A stretch of 64,000 nucleotides of DNA from Squalus acanthias (lineage: Eukaryota). A model generated the notes under the pieces. The model was not told the DNA's origin and ran no database searches. It was given only the letters and a program-made list of their open reading frames with translations. The stretch covers positions 53,878,001 to 53,942,000 of the forward strand of contig CM059439.1 of NCBI GenBank assembly GCA_030390025.1, written 5' to 3'. This document shows positions 11,938-24,375 of this stretch, one piece after another (position 1 is the first letter of the stretch; every line of letters begins with the position of its first letter). The position numbers were made by a program, and so were the translations under genes.

Positions 11938-13099
11938 CTAGAAGCGGCTTGCTATTAGTCGTTGACGGACGGCCCTTGCAGTTTGACCATTGTGGGCCGC
12001 CCTCCTGCCTTGGTGCTGCTGCTGATCATCGTCCTCGTCCTGTTCCTCCTCTTCCTCCTCCTCCTCTTGTGGTGCTGCAAGGCCTGGTGGCATTGGCTGC
12101 GTCCTGAGGATTGCCATGTTGTGCAACATGCAGCACACGACTACGAATTTCGAAACTTGCTCAGGCGAGTACTGCAGGGCTCCTCCGGAATGGTCCAGAC
12201 AGCGGAATCGTTGTTTCAGCACGCCGATTGTGCGCTCAATAATGTTCCTGGTTGCTTGTTGGCTTTCCTGGTACCGCAGCTCAGCAGGGGTGTTTGGCGC
12301 ACGGAGCGGTGTCATCAGCCAGGTGCTCAATGCGTACCCCTTGTCCCCCAGAAGCCAACCAACTGGCTGATGCGGTGCCTCGAAAAATTTCTGCCACAGT
12401 ACTCTGGCGCAGGATGAAAGCATCGTGGCAGCTGCCCGGATAGTGGGCATTGACAGCGAGAATCACCTGTCTGTGGTCACAGACCAACTGCACATTCAAG
12501 GAATGGAACCCCTTTCTGTTCCGGAACTCCTCTGCATTCTCTCGCGGAGCACGCAAAGCCACATGCGTGCAGTCAATGGCGCCCTGCACCATGGGGAAGC
12601 CCGCTACCCTCGCAAAGCCCATAGCACGGTCATGCTGCTTGTCTGGGGTCATAGGGAAGGAGATGAAGTCTCGTCTCCTTCTGAAGAGGGCATTGGTGAC
12701 CTGCCGGATGCAGCGATGCACCGCAAACTGGGAGATATTGGCGAGGTCCCCAACAGCAGCTTGGAATGAGCCAGTGGCGTAGAAGTTCAAAGCCACTGTG
12801 ACCTTCACTGCCACCGACAGAGACGTCCTGGACCTCAGCTGAGGCTGCAGATCTGGCTGCAGCAGGTGGCAGAGCTCAGTGACCACCTCCTTGCTGAATC
12901 GCAGCCTTCACAAACACAGCTCCTCGGACATATGGATGTAGGAGAGCTGTTCACGATATACCCTGGGAGGGTAAGCTCTCCTGTACATGCGCCTGATGGC
13001 CCTCCTCCGTCTGGCCATCATTGCCACTCTCTGTCTGCGTCTCACTATCCTCCGATTGAGCTGGAGCAGGACGACGCCCCCAATCATTGCAGCCCCCAT
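11938..13099 (-). pseudogene. Harbinger DDE transposase (HARBI1-like, DDE_Tnp_4), about 386 aa when repaired
   Basis: [47 protein letters not shown] and CCMLHN; in-frame TGA at 12908-12910 and a +1 frameshift in the A5 run at 12383-12387. Confidence 0.93.
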
Positions 13100-13293
13100 A
13101 TTCTCTTTGCCAGAAAAGTAATGAGGTACAGCAACTAAAGTAGCAGCAAAGTTAGGATGAACTAGGCCAAACTACCTCACAAAGCGTTGAGTCAATGTAG
13201 AAGTCTCTCTCTCTCTCTCTCTCCGAATCTCTCTCTCTCTCTCAGAACGAGTGGTGCATAAATGTCGACCACAGAAAAAGACAGGAAGAGGCC

Positions 13294-13449
13294 CCCTTTA
13301 AATAGCGCCCCCCCCAGCCCCACACCGATTGATAACGTTCCAGTCTTCCGGTCGTTGGAAGCGCCAGGCGGTAAGGCAGGGGGCGCCACTCAATTTCCGC
13401 TCCGGGGCGCCCCAAGGGCGTTGCACCATGGAATGACGTCACAATCTGC
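13294..13449 (-). promoter_or_regulatory. Putative transposase promoter of H1 (CRE-containing 16-mer plus TATA-like motif)
   Basis: TGACGTCACAATCTGC at 13434 and TATTTAAAGGG on the minus strand (13294-13304); both are conserved in H2 at similar spacing. Confidence 0.55.
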
Positions 13450-14557
13450 GCGCGCAGGTGGTCGCAGCGGTAAGTTTTAGCGCCGCCGCACAATCTCAAG
13501 TTAAGTTCTCGAGCGGCGCAAACAGCGCTGCGCCCGGGCGTTAGCGCCTTAACGCCCCATTAGCGCCCTCTTAAGGCGCTAACGGGAGGCGCAACCAACT
13601 GAATTTTTCCCCCATTGTTTGATAAAAATAACACATTTATAATTCCTTTCCAAAATAGTCTTCCCTTCCAAAATTGAACAGACAAGCTGTGCAATGTGGT
13701 TAGGATGCAGGTTTTTATAGTGAGGGCCAAAAAATACCAAACTGAGGAGAAGACAAAATTAATTTGCATTTTTTTAAATTAAGTATTTTAAGCACGATTT
13801 TAAGGTTGGCCGGGTTTTGGGGGATGGATAGTGAGATGAGGTGGAGACTTATCTGCTGCTCAAAAAATGAGACCTGGGCTATTTTCACTCCCAGCCCCAT
13901 TTAAATCCCACTGGAATGGGTGGGATGTTGGCGGGAAGTGCTGGAAAATAGCTCCTGGAGGCTGCCCGCTAATATAAGGTATGTGGTGGGATGGGCTTCC
14001 GGCTCCCATACTGAGCCGGTCAATAGGTCGGGCCTTGAGGCGGGGTGTGGGGGGTGGTGGTGGGGGTGCGGGTGGGGAGGATGATCCAAGGCAGCTCGGA
14101 AAGTATGGGTGATTTGTGAGGGAAATGGTAGGAGTGAGTGGTAAGTGGCAGGAAGTCATGGGAGTCTTGTATGGAAAATGGAAACGGCAGTAAGAGAGAG
14201 TGGGCGCATCTGGGTCCTTGGGACAGGAGGCAGTGAGAAGGATTGGTCAGTAGCAAGGGATGGGACAGCATGGGTATTTAGGCAAAAGGTGGTAGGAGAG
14301 TATGGGCAATTGGGGCAGGAGGTTGCAGGTGGAAGCAGTGAGCGTCAGTATGGAATGGGCATGGACTGAAGTGATGTGGGGGAGGTGCAATGGGTTTATG
14401 TGATCTGAGATTAGTGAAGATGATTTTGGAGATGTTGGAATTTTGGGAAGAGGGTTGTGGAATTGTAATATCTTTCTTACTGTCTGTCATCTTCCTGTGG
14501 CTGCTGGCCTCTTTCTTGTTCTGCTTTAATCCCTCCCTTACATTTGTCTTGTGATCT

Positions 14558-14750
14558 ATAAGAACATATGAACAAGAGTAGACCATTCAGCTCCTCGAGC
14601 TAATTGCACCATTCAATTATAGCAGGGCTGATCTGGCCCTCAACTCCATTTACTTTACAACTCCAACCCCCTTGAGATAAAGGCCAACATTCCATTAGCC
14701 TTTTTGATTACTTTTTGTACTGGTGCACTAACTTTTAGTGATCTCTGTTC
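14558..14750 (-). mobile_element. CR1 3' fragment with internal deletion
   Basis: ataagaacatatgaacaagagtagaccattcagctcctcgagc 3' end; aaggccaacattccattagcc. Confidence 0.7.
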
Positions 14751-15170
14751 CTAACTATTATTTTTACTTTTGTCTCTATCATTTGGCTTGTTTCTCATTC
14801 TTTATTTGCTTTCATGTAGAAGTTGGTGTGGCATGGCCTGTAAGGGAGCTGTTGAGGACTGAAGTCTGCATTTTCTGGTCGCACGTGTTGACAAAATGAA
14901 GCTTGTAGTTCTTTCTCAGCCCCTTACACCATCCCTATTGATTCTATCACGTTGCCTACATTTTCAGCTTTGCACAATCCTTTCATCTTTCTCTTGCCTC
15001 TTGTATCTACTCATTCCCTCAACTGAACCCCCCACTGCCTTTGCTAATGCCAGTCAGTTGTCCCCACGCCTCGAGCCTCCTGTCATCCCTTAAACTTGTA
15101 TGTGTTGTCTGCACTTCGGTATTCCTTCTCCTATGCCCAATCAGGATCCTCCCTTGCACGCTATCTGCCT

Positions 15171-15540
15171 ACAACAACAACAACTTGTATTTATATAGCG
15201 CCTTTAACATACTAAAACGTCCCAAGGCACTTCACAGGAGCGTTATAAAACAAAATTTGACACCGAGCCACATAAGGAGATATTAGGGCAGATGACGAGG
15301 AGGGTCTTAAAGGAGGAAAGAGAGGAAGAGATGCAGAGAGGTTTAGGAAAGGGAATTCCAGAGCTTAGGGCCTTGACAGCTGAAGGCATGGCCACCAGTG
15401 GTAGAGCGATTAAAATCGGGGATGCTCAAAAGGCCAGAATTGGAAAAGCGCAGATATCCTGGAGGGTTACGGGGCTGGAGGAGATTACTGAGATAGGGAG
15501 GTGCGAAGCCATGGAGAGATTTGAAAACAAGGATGAGGAG
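15171..15540 (-). mobile_element. L2 LINE 3' fragment
   Basis: ILVFKSLHGFAPPYLSNLL...AFSCQGPKLWNSL; (CAA)n tail followed by cttgtatttatatagcgcc. Confidence 0.9.
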
Positions 15541-16875
15541 AAAGCACAAGGCTTACTGCAGCCTTCACGCCTTTACTGCCTCACCTGCCTGGTCCAAGTT
15601 TCAATGCTATTTATCCTCCCTCCTAAACCCGCCATTGACATGCCTTGTGCTGGAGGCCAAATGTGTAGTCAAGGGAATGAATGGGGCCAGAGGCAGAGCC
15701 AGTGATGGTTTATCATCTATAACTTAATGGGGACAAAGGAGGAGGTTGGGCGGAGCTGGGAGCAGGACCAAATTTGTTAATAAAATTGCCAGGGTAATGA
15801 GGGGAAACATAATGCAGAGTGGTGGGCTCAGGTAGCGAGCACAGGCATTGAGAACGTAGTTAAGGGTGCAAAGGTGGCCAGTTCCAGTGGGAGATTTTGG
15901 GAGACAGCACGACAGTGAGAGGTCATTGAAGCGGAAAGGGTCGGAGCTTCCAGGTTCAGTGGATATAACAGCAGCAAAATAAATCTTATCTGTAGGCCCA
16001 TATTTGGTAGCAGGCAGTAGGAAAGCACAGTCAAAATCTCTGTATTGCAAACTCACAGGTGTACACAAAATGACAGACTGAGCTGGGCAACTTGTGCCAC
16101 AGCAGCACCAGTGCTGGAGGGCTGAATAGCAGGTGTTCGTGTTACACATTAAAAATAATCACAGCAGGCATCACTGTAACACTTCAGGCATTTAGTTACA
16201 CCTTAAGTGTTATCTCTAGGTGTTGTCAATGTCACAAAAGCATGACTAAATAACAAGAACAGGAAATAGGTATAACAAACAGGAAGTGTCAAGAATTTTT
16301 ACATTTTAGAAGATAGGTATATATACACTTAATAATTTGTAAATTGAAGCTCAAATTAAAAACTCAGACTAGTACAATGCCTGTTATGTGACACCATATA
16401 TCATCTTACTGAATGCCACACTTAACTATTATACTCAATATCAAGATCATGGCAATCCACATCACACCCGTATCCACTGTTATATAAGTTTCTTCGGAGT
16501 GGGGATAATTTCTTTACTGCTCATGAAGGTGACGGAGCTGGAAAATGAAACATTTTACAACTTTGGGCACTCAGTAATAATGCCGGGTAGTCTCAAAGCA
16601 GGTGTAGCATAGCCAGATGCAGAGTGAGATAAATTTAATTTAAACATTTAGAACTATGTTTAATTCTAAGTGTTTGAAACATCAAAAATAGACAACCAAA
16701 ATGAATGAGATTGACAGTTTTGTTTAACCCCAACCCCACAGAAACACCTCCTATTCTGTCAGTATGAAATTTTCAACTTCCACCAAATGACAAATACCTG
16801 GCAAGGATATAAAAGTTGGAATTCAACCTCAAAGATCATCTTATACTCTGGTGTTGAGCAACCTATACAGATGAA

Positions 16876-17921
16876 CCTTACTGCAAGCAGAGCAGCTAAA
16901 CGGAAGTGAAATTCTATGATTTTCATGTCAAGTTTATGCCTCTATAGACTTAAATTTAGCATGAAAAGCATGGTGTAACGCAAAGATTAAATATTGAGAT
17001 AAATCTACAAACTAAAAGTAAACAGCTTGATGTATTTACAGAAACACCAGCTTCATAAAAAAAATTATTGGCCCAGATTTTGCAGTAGGAATAAACGTGA
17101 GGCTAGCAGCGCTCACCGTTATTAAGGAGTAAATCGGACAGCAACTTCCGGCGTCCGCACATGCGCAGTGAAATGCCGAAATCAGGAAGATGCTGTCCGA
17201 GTTGCCCTGCTCCTCCACAAGCTTCGCTACACCGGTACCTCACTGAGAGATTCGGCATTCAAACACATAAAGGGCGTGAAGTTGCGATTCTTACCTACTA
17301 GATGCCCACGAAACACGTCAGAAAAAGTTCGGGCTTGTCCATTCAAGTGTAAGTGAATTTTTAACGGTGTGAAAGGTCTTAGTTATTACCAAACAACATC
17401 TCTGGCACTGCAAATTTACTTTTACAAGCGTGGAGTCTCATTCCTTCAGATTTTAATTATCATTGGAGATTTAAAAAATTAAAAATTAAAATAATTTTAA
17501 AAAACTTTTTCTTTCTGTCTCATTTCTCTCTCTCTCTCTCTTAATCCCATCTTTCTTTCCCTCTCTTTATTTTGCTTTCTGTACATGATTTTACATCAAA
17601 TTAGCTATTCTAACATACACTTCCTGGTTTAGACTCTGCATGCCTCAGTAAGGATTCTTCAATCTGATTGGTTCAAGAGACACGCTGTTGCTTGCCCTGT
17701 TCACACAGGTCCCAGATCCTTGACCCTTACTGCAAACAGAGCAGATAAACTGAAGTGAAATTCTATGATTTTCATGCCAAGTTTATGCCTCTATAGACTT
17801 AAATTTAGCATGAAAAGCATAGATTAAATATTGAGATAAATCTACAAACCAAAAGTAAACAGTTTGATGTATTCACAGAAATACCACCATCATAAAAAAA
17901 ACCGTAATGGCCCAGATTTTG
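16876..17921. repeat. About 200-bp local duplication (16876-17082 and 17725-17921)
   Basis: Direct alignment from ccttactgca to ggcccagattttg, with one 12-bp indel and scattered substitutions. Confidence 0.93.
17070..17724 (+). mobile_element. Harbinger-type MITE, right end missing
   Basis: Starts GGCCCAGATTTTG after ATT; aligns with the reverse complement of 22808-23550. Confidence 0.8.
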
Positions 17922-18035
17922 AGGTAGACGGCGCCGCGCTGCTTCAGACTCCCGATGACCGTAAGTTGCCATGCAAAAGCCCACAAAAATTCTGTGGGCA
18001 GCCGTTCATTCGCTGCTGACCACAAAATCCGGGTC
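17909..18035. mobile_element. Short Harbinger-type MITE (127 bp)
   Basis: TIRs GGCCCAGATTTTG / GACCCGGATTTTG; TSD AAT on both sides. Confidence 0.8.
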
Positions 18036-18104
18036 AATATACAATATGCTGCTACACAAAATATTGACTTTGCTGCATACATATTCAATCAAAACTGTTT
18101 TTCA

Positions 18105-18540
18105 TTCTTCTTGAAATGTTTCTTTTGATTTTCTTTGCTTCCTATTCACCTCCTGAAAATACTGACTTATACTAGGGTACGGTTTCTTGGCTGCCAGTAG
18201 CCCTGTGGTACCTCACCAAGGCAGCTATTCTTCAGGTGTAAGCCTAGACAGGGAATGCTGGTGGACTATTCAGCCGAATGGATTATCACTAATGCCCTCT
18301 TTTCTGTACTCACCGAGAATCCGCACACATGCATTTCCAGCAGGGAGGTCACTGCATACAGATCAGGAGCAGGAACTCTGGCCGAGTTTATTTTTCCCTT
18401 CAAAACCTGGGACTTTAAGGTTGGTTATGGGAACATGGCTGTTCCCGCCATCACCATCATGACTGAGATCAGTCAATTCAACACAAACTAGAGATCAATC
18501 CCGGGGCCATCCTCGTCTGGAAGGAACAGTTCCATCAGGG
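18105..18540 (-). mobile_element. Old tRNA-headed SINE, AmnSINE2-like
   Basis: Aligns with other copies in the window (20170-21992 split, 26320-26440, 45895-46060, 54192-54290); the family name rests on a recalled consensus. Confidence 0.55.
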
Positions 18541-20395
18541 ACTAAAAGATTATTTTTAAGGCTTAATATTATTAATACCACCAAATGTGGTGTAATTCCA
18601 TTAATACTTTTAGATTCTAAATCAGCTGTTTGCTGGAGTTTTGCTTTGCAGGAAACCGTAGTTGTCAGCATTTATTATTTCTCTTCATTTATAAAATGCT
18701 TTTATGTTCTTGCTTTTCAGCCAATTCCTGTAAGGTTTATTGGATTCTCCAGGTTCATTTGAATCCTCAAACTGACGTCAGCAGTGTAATGTAACAAGGG
18801 TGCATCAAGACAGCTGCAGTAACTGTAGAATCTACCGAGGCATACCCTTTCATTCTGCCAGGTGACAGCCAAGTAGAGATTATCACACAATCCCATCTGC
18901 TGCAATGACTGAAAGTGTTAGTATTTAAAGCTTTGAGAAAGCAATGAAAGCTGTAATTAGAGTGGCGTTCCACAATTTCATGCAGTAATTGTTTTTATCT
19001 AGTAGAGTCACAAAGTAATCAAACAGCATACCGAGATCTGGCACCAACAGTCGAGCATGATAAATATTTGGAACCAAATAAGAAAATAAAGCAGGCTTGC
19101 ATGCTACAAATGTTGAATGAGAGCTCCACAAATCCTAACTCATTCATTTTGTTATTTTTTTGTATATACAACTTTTTTCCATTCCAATTTTCTCCCTCCC
19201 TCTTCCAAAGAGATGCTTCCATGAACTTGGCCAGATTTCAAAATCCACTGTCATCAGTATGTGGGAAGTGGGCTCTCCTGACTCCACCAGGGATATGCGC
19301 CAAAAGGAGGGTGCAGTCGTGACATGGCGGTCTTCGGGGACCTGCCATTGCACCACGATACAGGCAGCATACATACTGCCAGAAAAAAAGGCCAGAATTT
19401 TTTGAAAAAAATCTAAATTTTGTCCTTGGGCCTGCGCAAGGCAGTGCTCTGTGAGTGCTTGAGCAGGCTCCGCCAGCAATAAAGATTGTTTTGGCCCCTT
19501 CCACTGATTGATGAATGCCAAACATCTGGGCCCTAACAGATGGCCCGTGCATTCACATATGAGTGGGTGCACTTTAGGCTGGCAGGAGGAGGTGGGTACA
19601 AGGCAGTTCACATCCCTGAGCAAGCTTCTGACCAGGTCTCAGATCCATTAAAAAAATTGGCCGGGGCAGGTGGAAAACCTAGTGCCCTAACTCAGAGACT
19701 CTGAAACTTTTTTTGTTGAGCCCCCCTTTGGAGATTCATGTCCCAAGGGTGCCCCCTCTTTGTACCTACTCCACTCACCTCAACCCAATAATTTTAGGTA
19801 GTTTCTTGGGGTGTTCGGAACACTTCAATTTGAAATGGCAGATTGGTGCAGATATCAATTCAGGCAAGGATTTATCTGGACTGGTAGTACACTATTGTCA
19901 AAAGACACTGCTTACCTGGTGGGTGCCTGCAGCTGCATGAACTAACAAGTACAAACACAACCGATGTAGCAGATATCGGACTTATCTTTGCTTCTACAAA
20001 TTGATGGAGATTCAAATATTCTGCACTGTGCTGAGATCAGCCCATAATGTTTCTCCTCTGGCATGCCAGGCTGCATCAGTTGTTCTCATTCCTGTTAGTT
20101 TAGGTCAGCTCCACCTCCTCACACCCCACCCCCCCTCGCTCCTGCCGATAACTTTGTTGCTGTCCCCAGTTTGGGAACCTCTGCCCTAACTCAGACAGCG
20201 GTACCCTTCCAAAGGTACTGACTGTCCTCAGGTATCTCGTCTAATGACCATTCTTCACACGTGAGCCTAGGCATTAAGTGAAGGCAGACTATTCAACTGT
20301 CGGAAAGCCAAGCTCAATCCTTCCTGCCCCCAGTGTAAATACATACGCTTTCCAAGACACTGTACATCAACCAATAATATGAACCCTGACTTAAT

Positions 20396-21228
20396 GGGCC
20401 AGAAATTTGGCTCTCCGGCTTCCCGCAGGTGCAAGAATCGCGCGCGTACTTACCTAGCGCGCCTGCCATTGTGCTTCGGGCCCGCGTGAAATTCGGCTCC
20501 TGGGCCTCCTGCAGCTGCCGGTGTGCAGTGCTTGCGTATCCCAGCGGTGCAGTTAGTTCGAAGCGTCCCCTGGGATCACGTGGGCCATGGAGAGCCAATC
20601 GGAGCAGGGAATCTCCATTCATAGATTTTGACAGGAAGACCTGTCAAATCTATGAATAGAGATCGGCCCCAAAACCTCACTAAAACTTCAAATAAATTAA
20701 AAAAAAACATCACATTTTTAAAATAACTATAAATTACATAAATTAACTACATTAAACAAAAATTTAAATTTTTGAAAAAATTAATTACACTTTTTAACAG
20801 TGCTAAAAATAAACTTACCTTTCTTTAAGGTATGTAAAAAAGATAAACCTGTTGAAAAAATGTTTAAATTATACTTAATTCACCACTTACCTTGTTAAAA
20901 TGTGGAGATGCCGGCGTTGGACTGGGGTGGACAAAAATGAGAAGTCGCACAACACCAGGTTATAGTCCAACAGATTGCGCCTCCTTTTTTCCTGTGCAGC
21001 TTCTCCGTACTTACCCTCACGGAGAAACCTGAAAAAAAAAAACGAAGTTCGCTGCGTGCGCGCTGCCTCTCCGGCGCACGCGTTCGACCTCTGAACCCTT
21101 TCCTTCAGGGGAACGGAAGTTCCGGTTTCCAGCGCATGCGCAGTGCATGCACAAAACCGGCACTTTCGTTGGGTCTACGGGTGAGTACACAGCGCGTACT
21201 CACCTGTGGAGACCTGAATTTCTGGCCC
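20396..21228. mobile_element. Harbinger-type MITE (833 bp)
   Basis: Perfect 12-bp TIR GGGCCAGAAATT; GC-rich arms and AT-rich core; TSD not conserved (AAT/TTG). Confidence 0.82.
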
Positions 21229-21374
21229 TTGTGTTTTCCAATCGCTAGTCTAGGAGATTATGAAGCCAGTTATAGCATTCCCACTACTGTCTTGGCTCAG
21301 ATTAGCTAACTCAAAATAGACCACGCATCAAACTTCACCTTGTGGTTTGAGTAGCTTAGCACCATACCACACAG

Positions 21375-21962
21375 TGTAAGAATACATCATCGCTGTAAAG
21401 TAACTTGACTAAACTCAAAGTTGACCAAATTTAATGGACCGGCATACCTTGAGAGACTGAGGGCCGTGTTACTGGGCAAATTCCGTAAAAATCACGGATA
21501 AGGAAGTGGGGCCTCGAGAGTTCTGTTAAACAAACCTTCGAGCCATTGTTAACAGGAACTTCTTCAGACAATGGCATAACCGGCTTTGAGGCCCAATGAC
21601 TAACAGATAAGGAGAGGAGAAAGAAAAACAACTACTGGCCATTGTTAACGTGGTCTGGGACACATATATATTGGGGGGTCTGCTAAGTTTTGGGGTATAA
21701 AAAGTGCAGTCGACAGACACTCGGGGCTGCTGCAGTGAGTCGGGTGACTTGATCGGTCGCACAGAGAAGGGAACCTACTCGTCACCGCCGAACTGATCAC
21801 TCGCTGGTGTTAGTACGTATGTATGCTTGTACTTGCTTGTAATCGCTGTTGATTTTAAGTAAAGAATAGTTACCCTGAAATCTTTGTCTCGAGTTGTCTG
21901 TTCCAATATGGGTCCGAACTCGAAGTACTGTTAGGCTGGAGTAAAAATTTACACATCTTACA
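21375..21962 (+). mobile_element. Solo LTR (588 bp; Gypsy or ERV-type)
   Basis: Inverted termini TGTAAGA...TCTTACA; 4-bp TSD ACAG (21371-21374, 21963-21966); TATAAAAA at 21696. Confidence 0.88.
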
Positions 21963-22807
21963 ACAGTGCATTTTCCTACTGTGCCATCAGGACATACAAA
22001 ATAGGCTTTTAAAGAAAGGCCAAGTTTAATAAAATTCTGTTTAATTTGTAATAATATGGGACAGAAGCAACATTAAAATAGGAAAGAGGTTTACTCGGCT
22101 GGCTAGAAGTATTGTTGATTTTGTATATACTATGGCACAGAGAGCTTTTGTGCTCTTGATTCTCCACATAACAAATTCTAAAATTCATCTAGGCTTGTAA
22201 GGGAAGTCCTCTGGAGGGCGCCTGCATAACCTGTGCCAGCTTATAACTCCTGGAACTGCAGAGAAATATCCCAATTGGATTGGTCAACACAGGGTGTTGG
22301 AGTAGTGCAGTTGAGAAATTTGCCTGCCGCAACATTGCAAGGCAGGTGGTAGCCCAGCCAGTTCAAGTTCCTCTCAGACAGACTGGTAGACATGCAAAGT
22401 ATACTAAAAGCACCTTTATATTGTAAAACTACTTGAGGAAGTAGTTTTGCAATGTCGTCTCATGTCCCAAGTATGGTAGAAATTATGCCCTTCGTATTGT
22501 GAAGTGGATTCTGCAGCAGCCAGAACAGTAGAAAAATAGTTGCATGTGCATCATTGTCTTAAAGGAGGAGAGGAAGATGGAGAGGCAGAGGGGTTTCGGG
22601 GTGGAGTTGCAGAGCATGGGGTGTAGGTAACTGAAGACATGGCTACCAAGATCTGTTCAGGCTGTCTGGAGGCAGAAGCATTATCTTGTTTACTTGTGAA
22701 GTAAATAAGATAAGTGAATAACTGAAACAAGTGAATATAAACAGATTTCTCAATAATAGAAAGAGCCTTTCTATATATTTTCATTATTCTTAACATCTGA
22801 AGATTAT

Positions 22808-23550
22808 GGGCTGTTAATTAGACTTGCCCTTGTCCATTTAATTTCCATGAGACTTTGCATGGCAAGTTGCTGTAACTGGGAGATCAAAACGGAGCGGCGC
22901 TCTCTACAGGGCATCTGGGATCTATGTGAGGAGGGCAAGCAACTGTGTATCTCAACCAATCAGATTGAAGTATTGAGAATTGAACAGCAGAGAGTCTGAA
23001 CCAGGAAGTGTATGCTAGAATAATGAATTTAATGTCAAATCATGTACAGAAAGCAAAATAAAGAGAGGGAAAGAAAGATTGGATTAAAAAAGAGAGAAAA
23101 AAGAGACAGAAAGAAAAAGTTAAAAAATAAATTTAATTAAAAAATACTTTTTATATCTCCAACAACAATTAAAATCTGAATGAGACTCCACACTTGTAAA
23201 AGTTCATTTTCAGTGCCAGAGATGTGGTTTGGCAGTAATTAAGACTTACGCTGTTAAAAAGGATACTTAGACTGGAATGGACAAGCCCTAACTTTCTGTG
23301 GTGAGTTTAGTTTGTATCTACCATGCAAGTACAGGAACTTCACGGCGTTCAATGCATTTGAATGGGGAGTCAGGCAGAGAGATGCTATTTTTAGGAAGCT
23401 AATGGTGGAGTCGCGTATCTCAGACAGCAACTTTCCGATTTTTGCATTTAACCATGTATGTACTCTCGCCTGAAGTTGCTATGCGATTTGCATATAAATA
23501 ACGGAGAGTGCCATAAGCCTCACTATTATTTTGACAGTCATTTCTGGCCC
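22808..23550 (-). mobile_element. Harbinger-type MITE (same family as 17070)
   Basis: Degenerate TIRs GGGCTGTTAATT / GGGCCAGAAATG; TSD TAT on both sides. Confidence 0.8.
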
Positions 23551-23641
23551 TATAACACTAAATTCATATGCTGAAACAGAAAATTCCCATTAAAGGGGAG
23601 AGAAATTCTAGGCGGAATACATGCTATATAAAGAACATAAC

Positions 23642-23860
23642 GGCCCGGAATTTGCAGTCAGTGGCAAAGCGATGGCACTCACCGCTGACCTCGAAGAAAG
23701 CTGCCCACAAAGATCTAGCGATCTCTGTGGCGTGAATTTCAGCTCTAGTTTGAATCTGGCGCCAAATCAAGCAAATCTCCAGCATCCAGCAACAGTGATG
23801 TCATCAAGCAGGCTGAGCAGCATGTTGTTGGACCAACACAGAATACACTCTCATTTTTAA
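23642..23860 (+). mobile_element. Harbinger-type MITE left end
   Basis: GGCCCGGAATTTGC terminus similar to the other MITEs; no right TIR found. Confidence 0.55.
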
Positions 23861-23939
23861 AAATTCATTTATTTATTGTCCATCCCTAGTTGCCCTTGAG
23901 AGGGTGGTAGTGAGCTGCCTTCTTGAACTGCTGCTGTCT

Positions 23940-24375
23940 GGGGGGGGGGGGGGGGGGGGCGGAGGGGAGGAGAGGGAGAACGTGGTGCAGGTGTAAAAGA
24001 GGTGGGGGGTTGAAGAACCTGATCCAGGCCTAACAGAGGGTGGGAGAACGTGATCTATCTTACCATCCGGATCACGTTCTTGCTCTCATCCCCCCTCCTT
24101 TAGACTTGCATCACGTTCGTCCCCCCCTCCCCACTGTTCTCACAATGTTTCCCCCCATCAACAAGTTCCTGACCTTCTCTCCCCGAGTTCCTGACCTACG
24201 CCCCCCCCTCTGAGCTCCTGACCTTCTCCCTCCCCCACCTCCCTCCTCCACCCCCGAGTTCCTGATCTTCTCCCCCTCCCCCGAGTTTCTGACCTTCTCC
24301 CCCTGAATTTCGGTCCTTCTGCTCCTCCTCTTCGATCTCCTCTCTCCACCCCCCCCGCTCCCCCCCCCCCCTTTC
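23940..24375. repeat. G20 run and C-rich degenerate tandem repeat (cccgagttcctgaccttctcccc units)
   Basis: Direct reading; about six imperfect units at 24165-24320. Confidence 0.75.

Larger units (their letters stand above)
9517..13613. mobile_element. PIF/Harbinger transposon H1, full length (4097 bp)
   Basis: TIRs GGGGTAGAAATT / GGGGGAAAAATT (10/12); TSD ATT at 9514-9516 and 13614-13616; convergent Myb and DDE transposase genes. Confidence 0.95.
20170..21992 (-). mobile_element. AmnSINE2-like SINE split by a MITE and a solo LTR
   Basis: Pieces 20170-20395, 21229-21374 and 21967-21992 are colinear with the copy at 18105-18540. Confidence 0.6.

Noticed and set aside
11938-13099. Host HARBI1 gene
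   Set aside because: Intronless, disrupted, bounded by TIRs and a TSD, and with several paralogous copies nearby; it is a transposon gene
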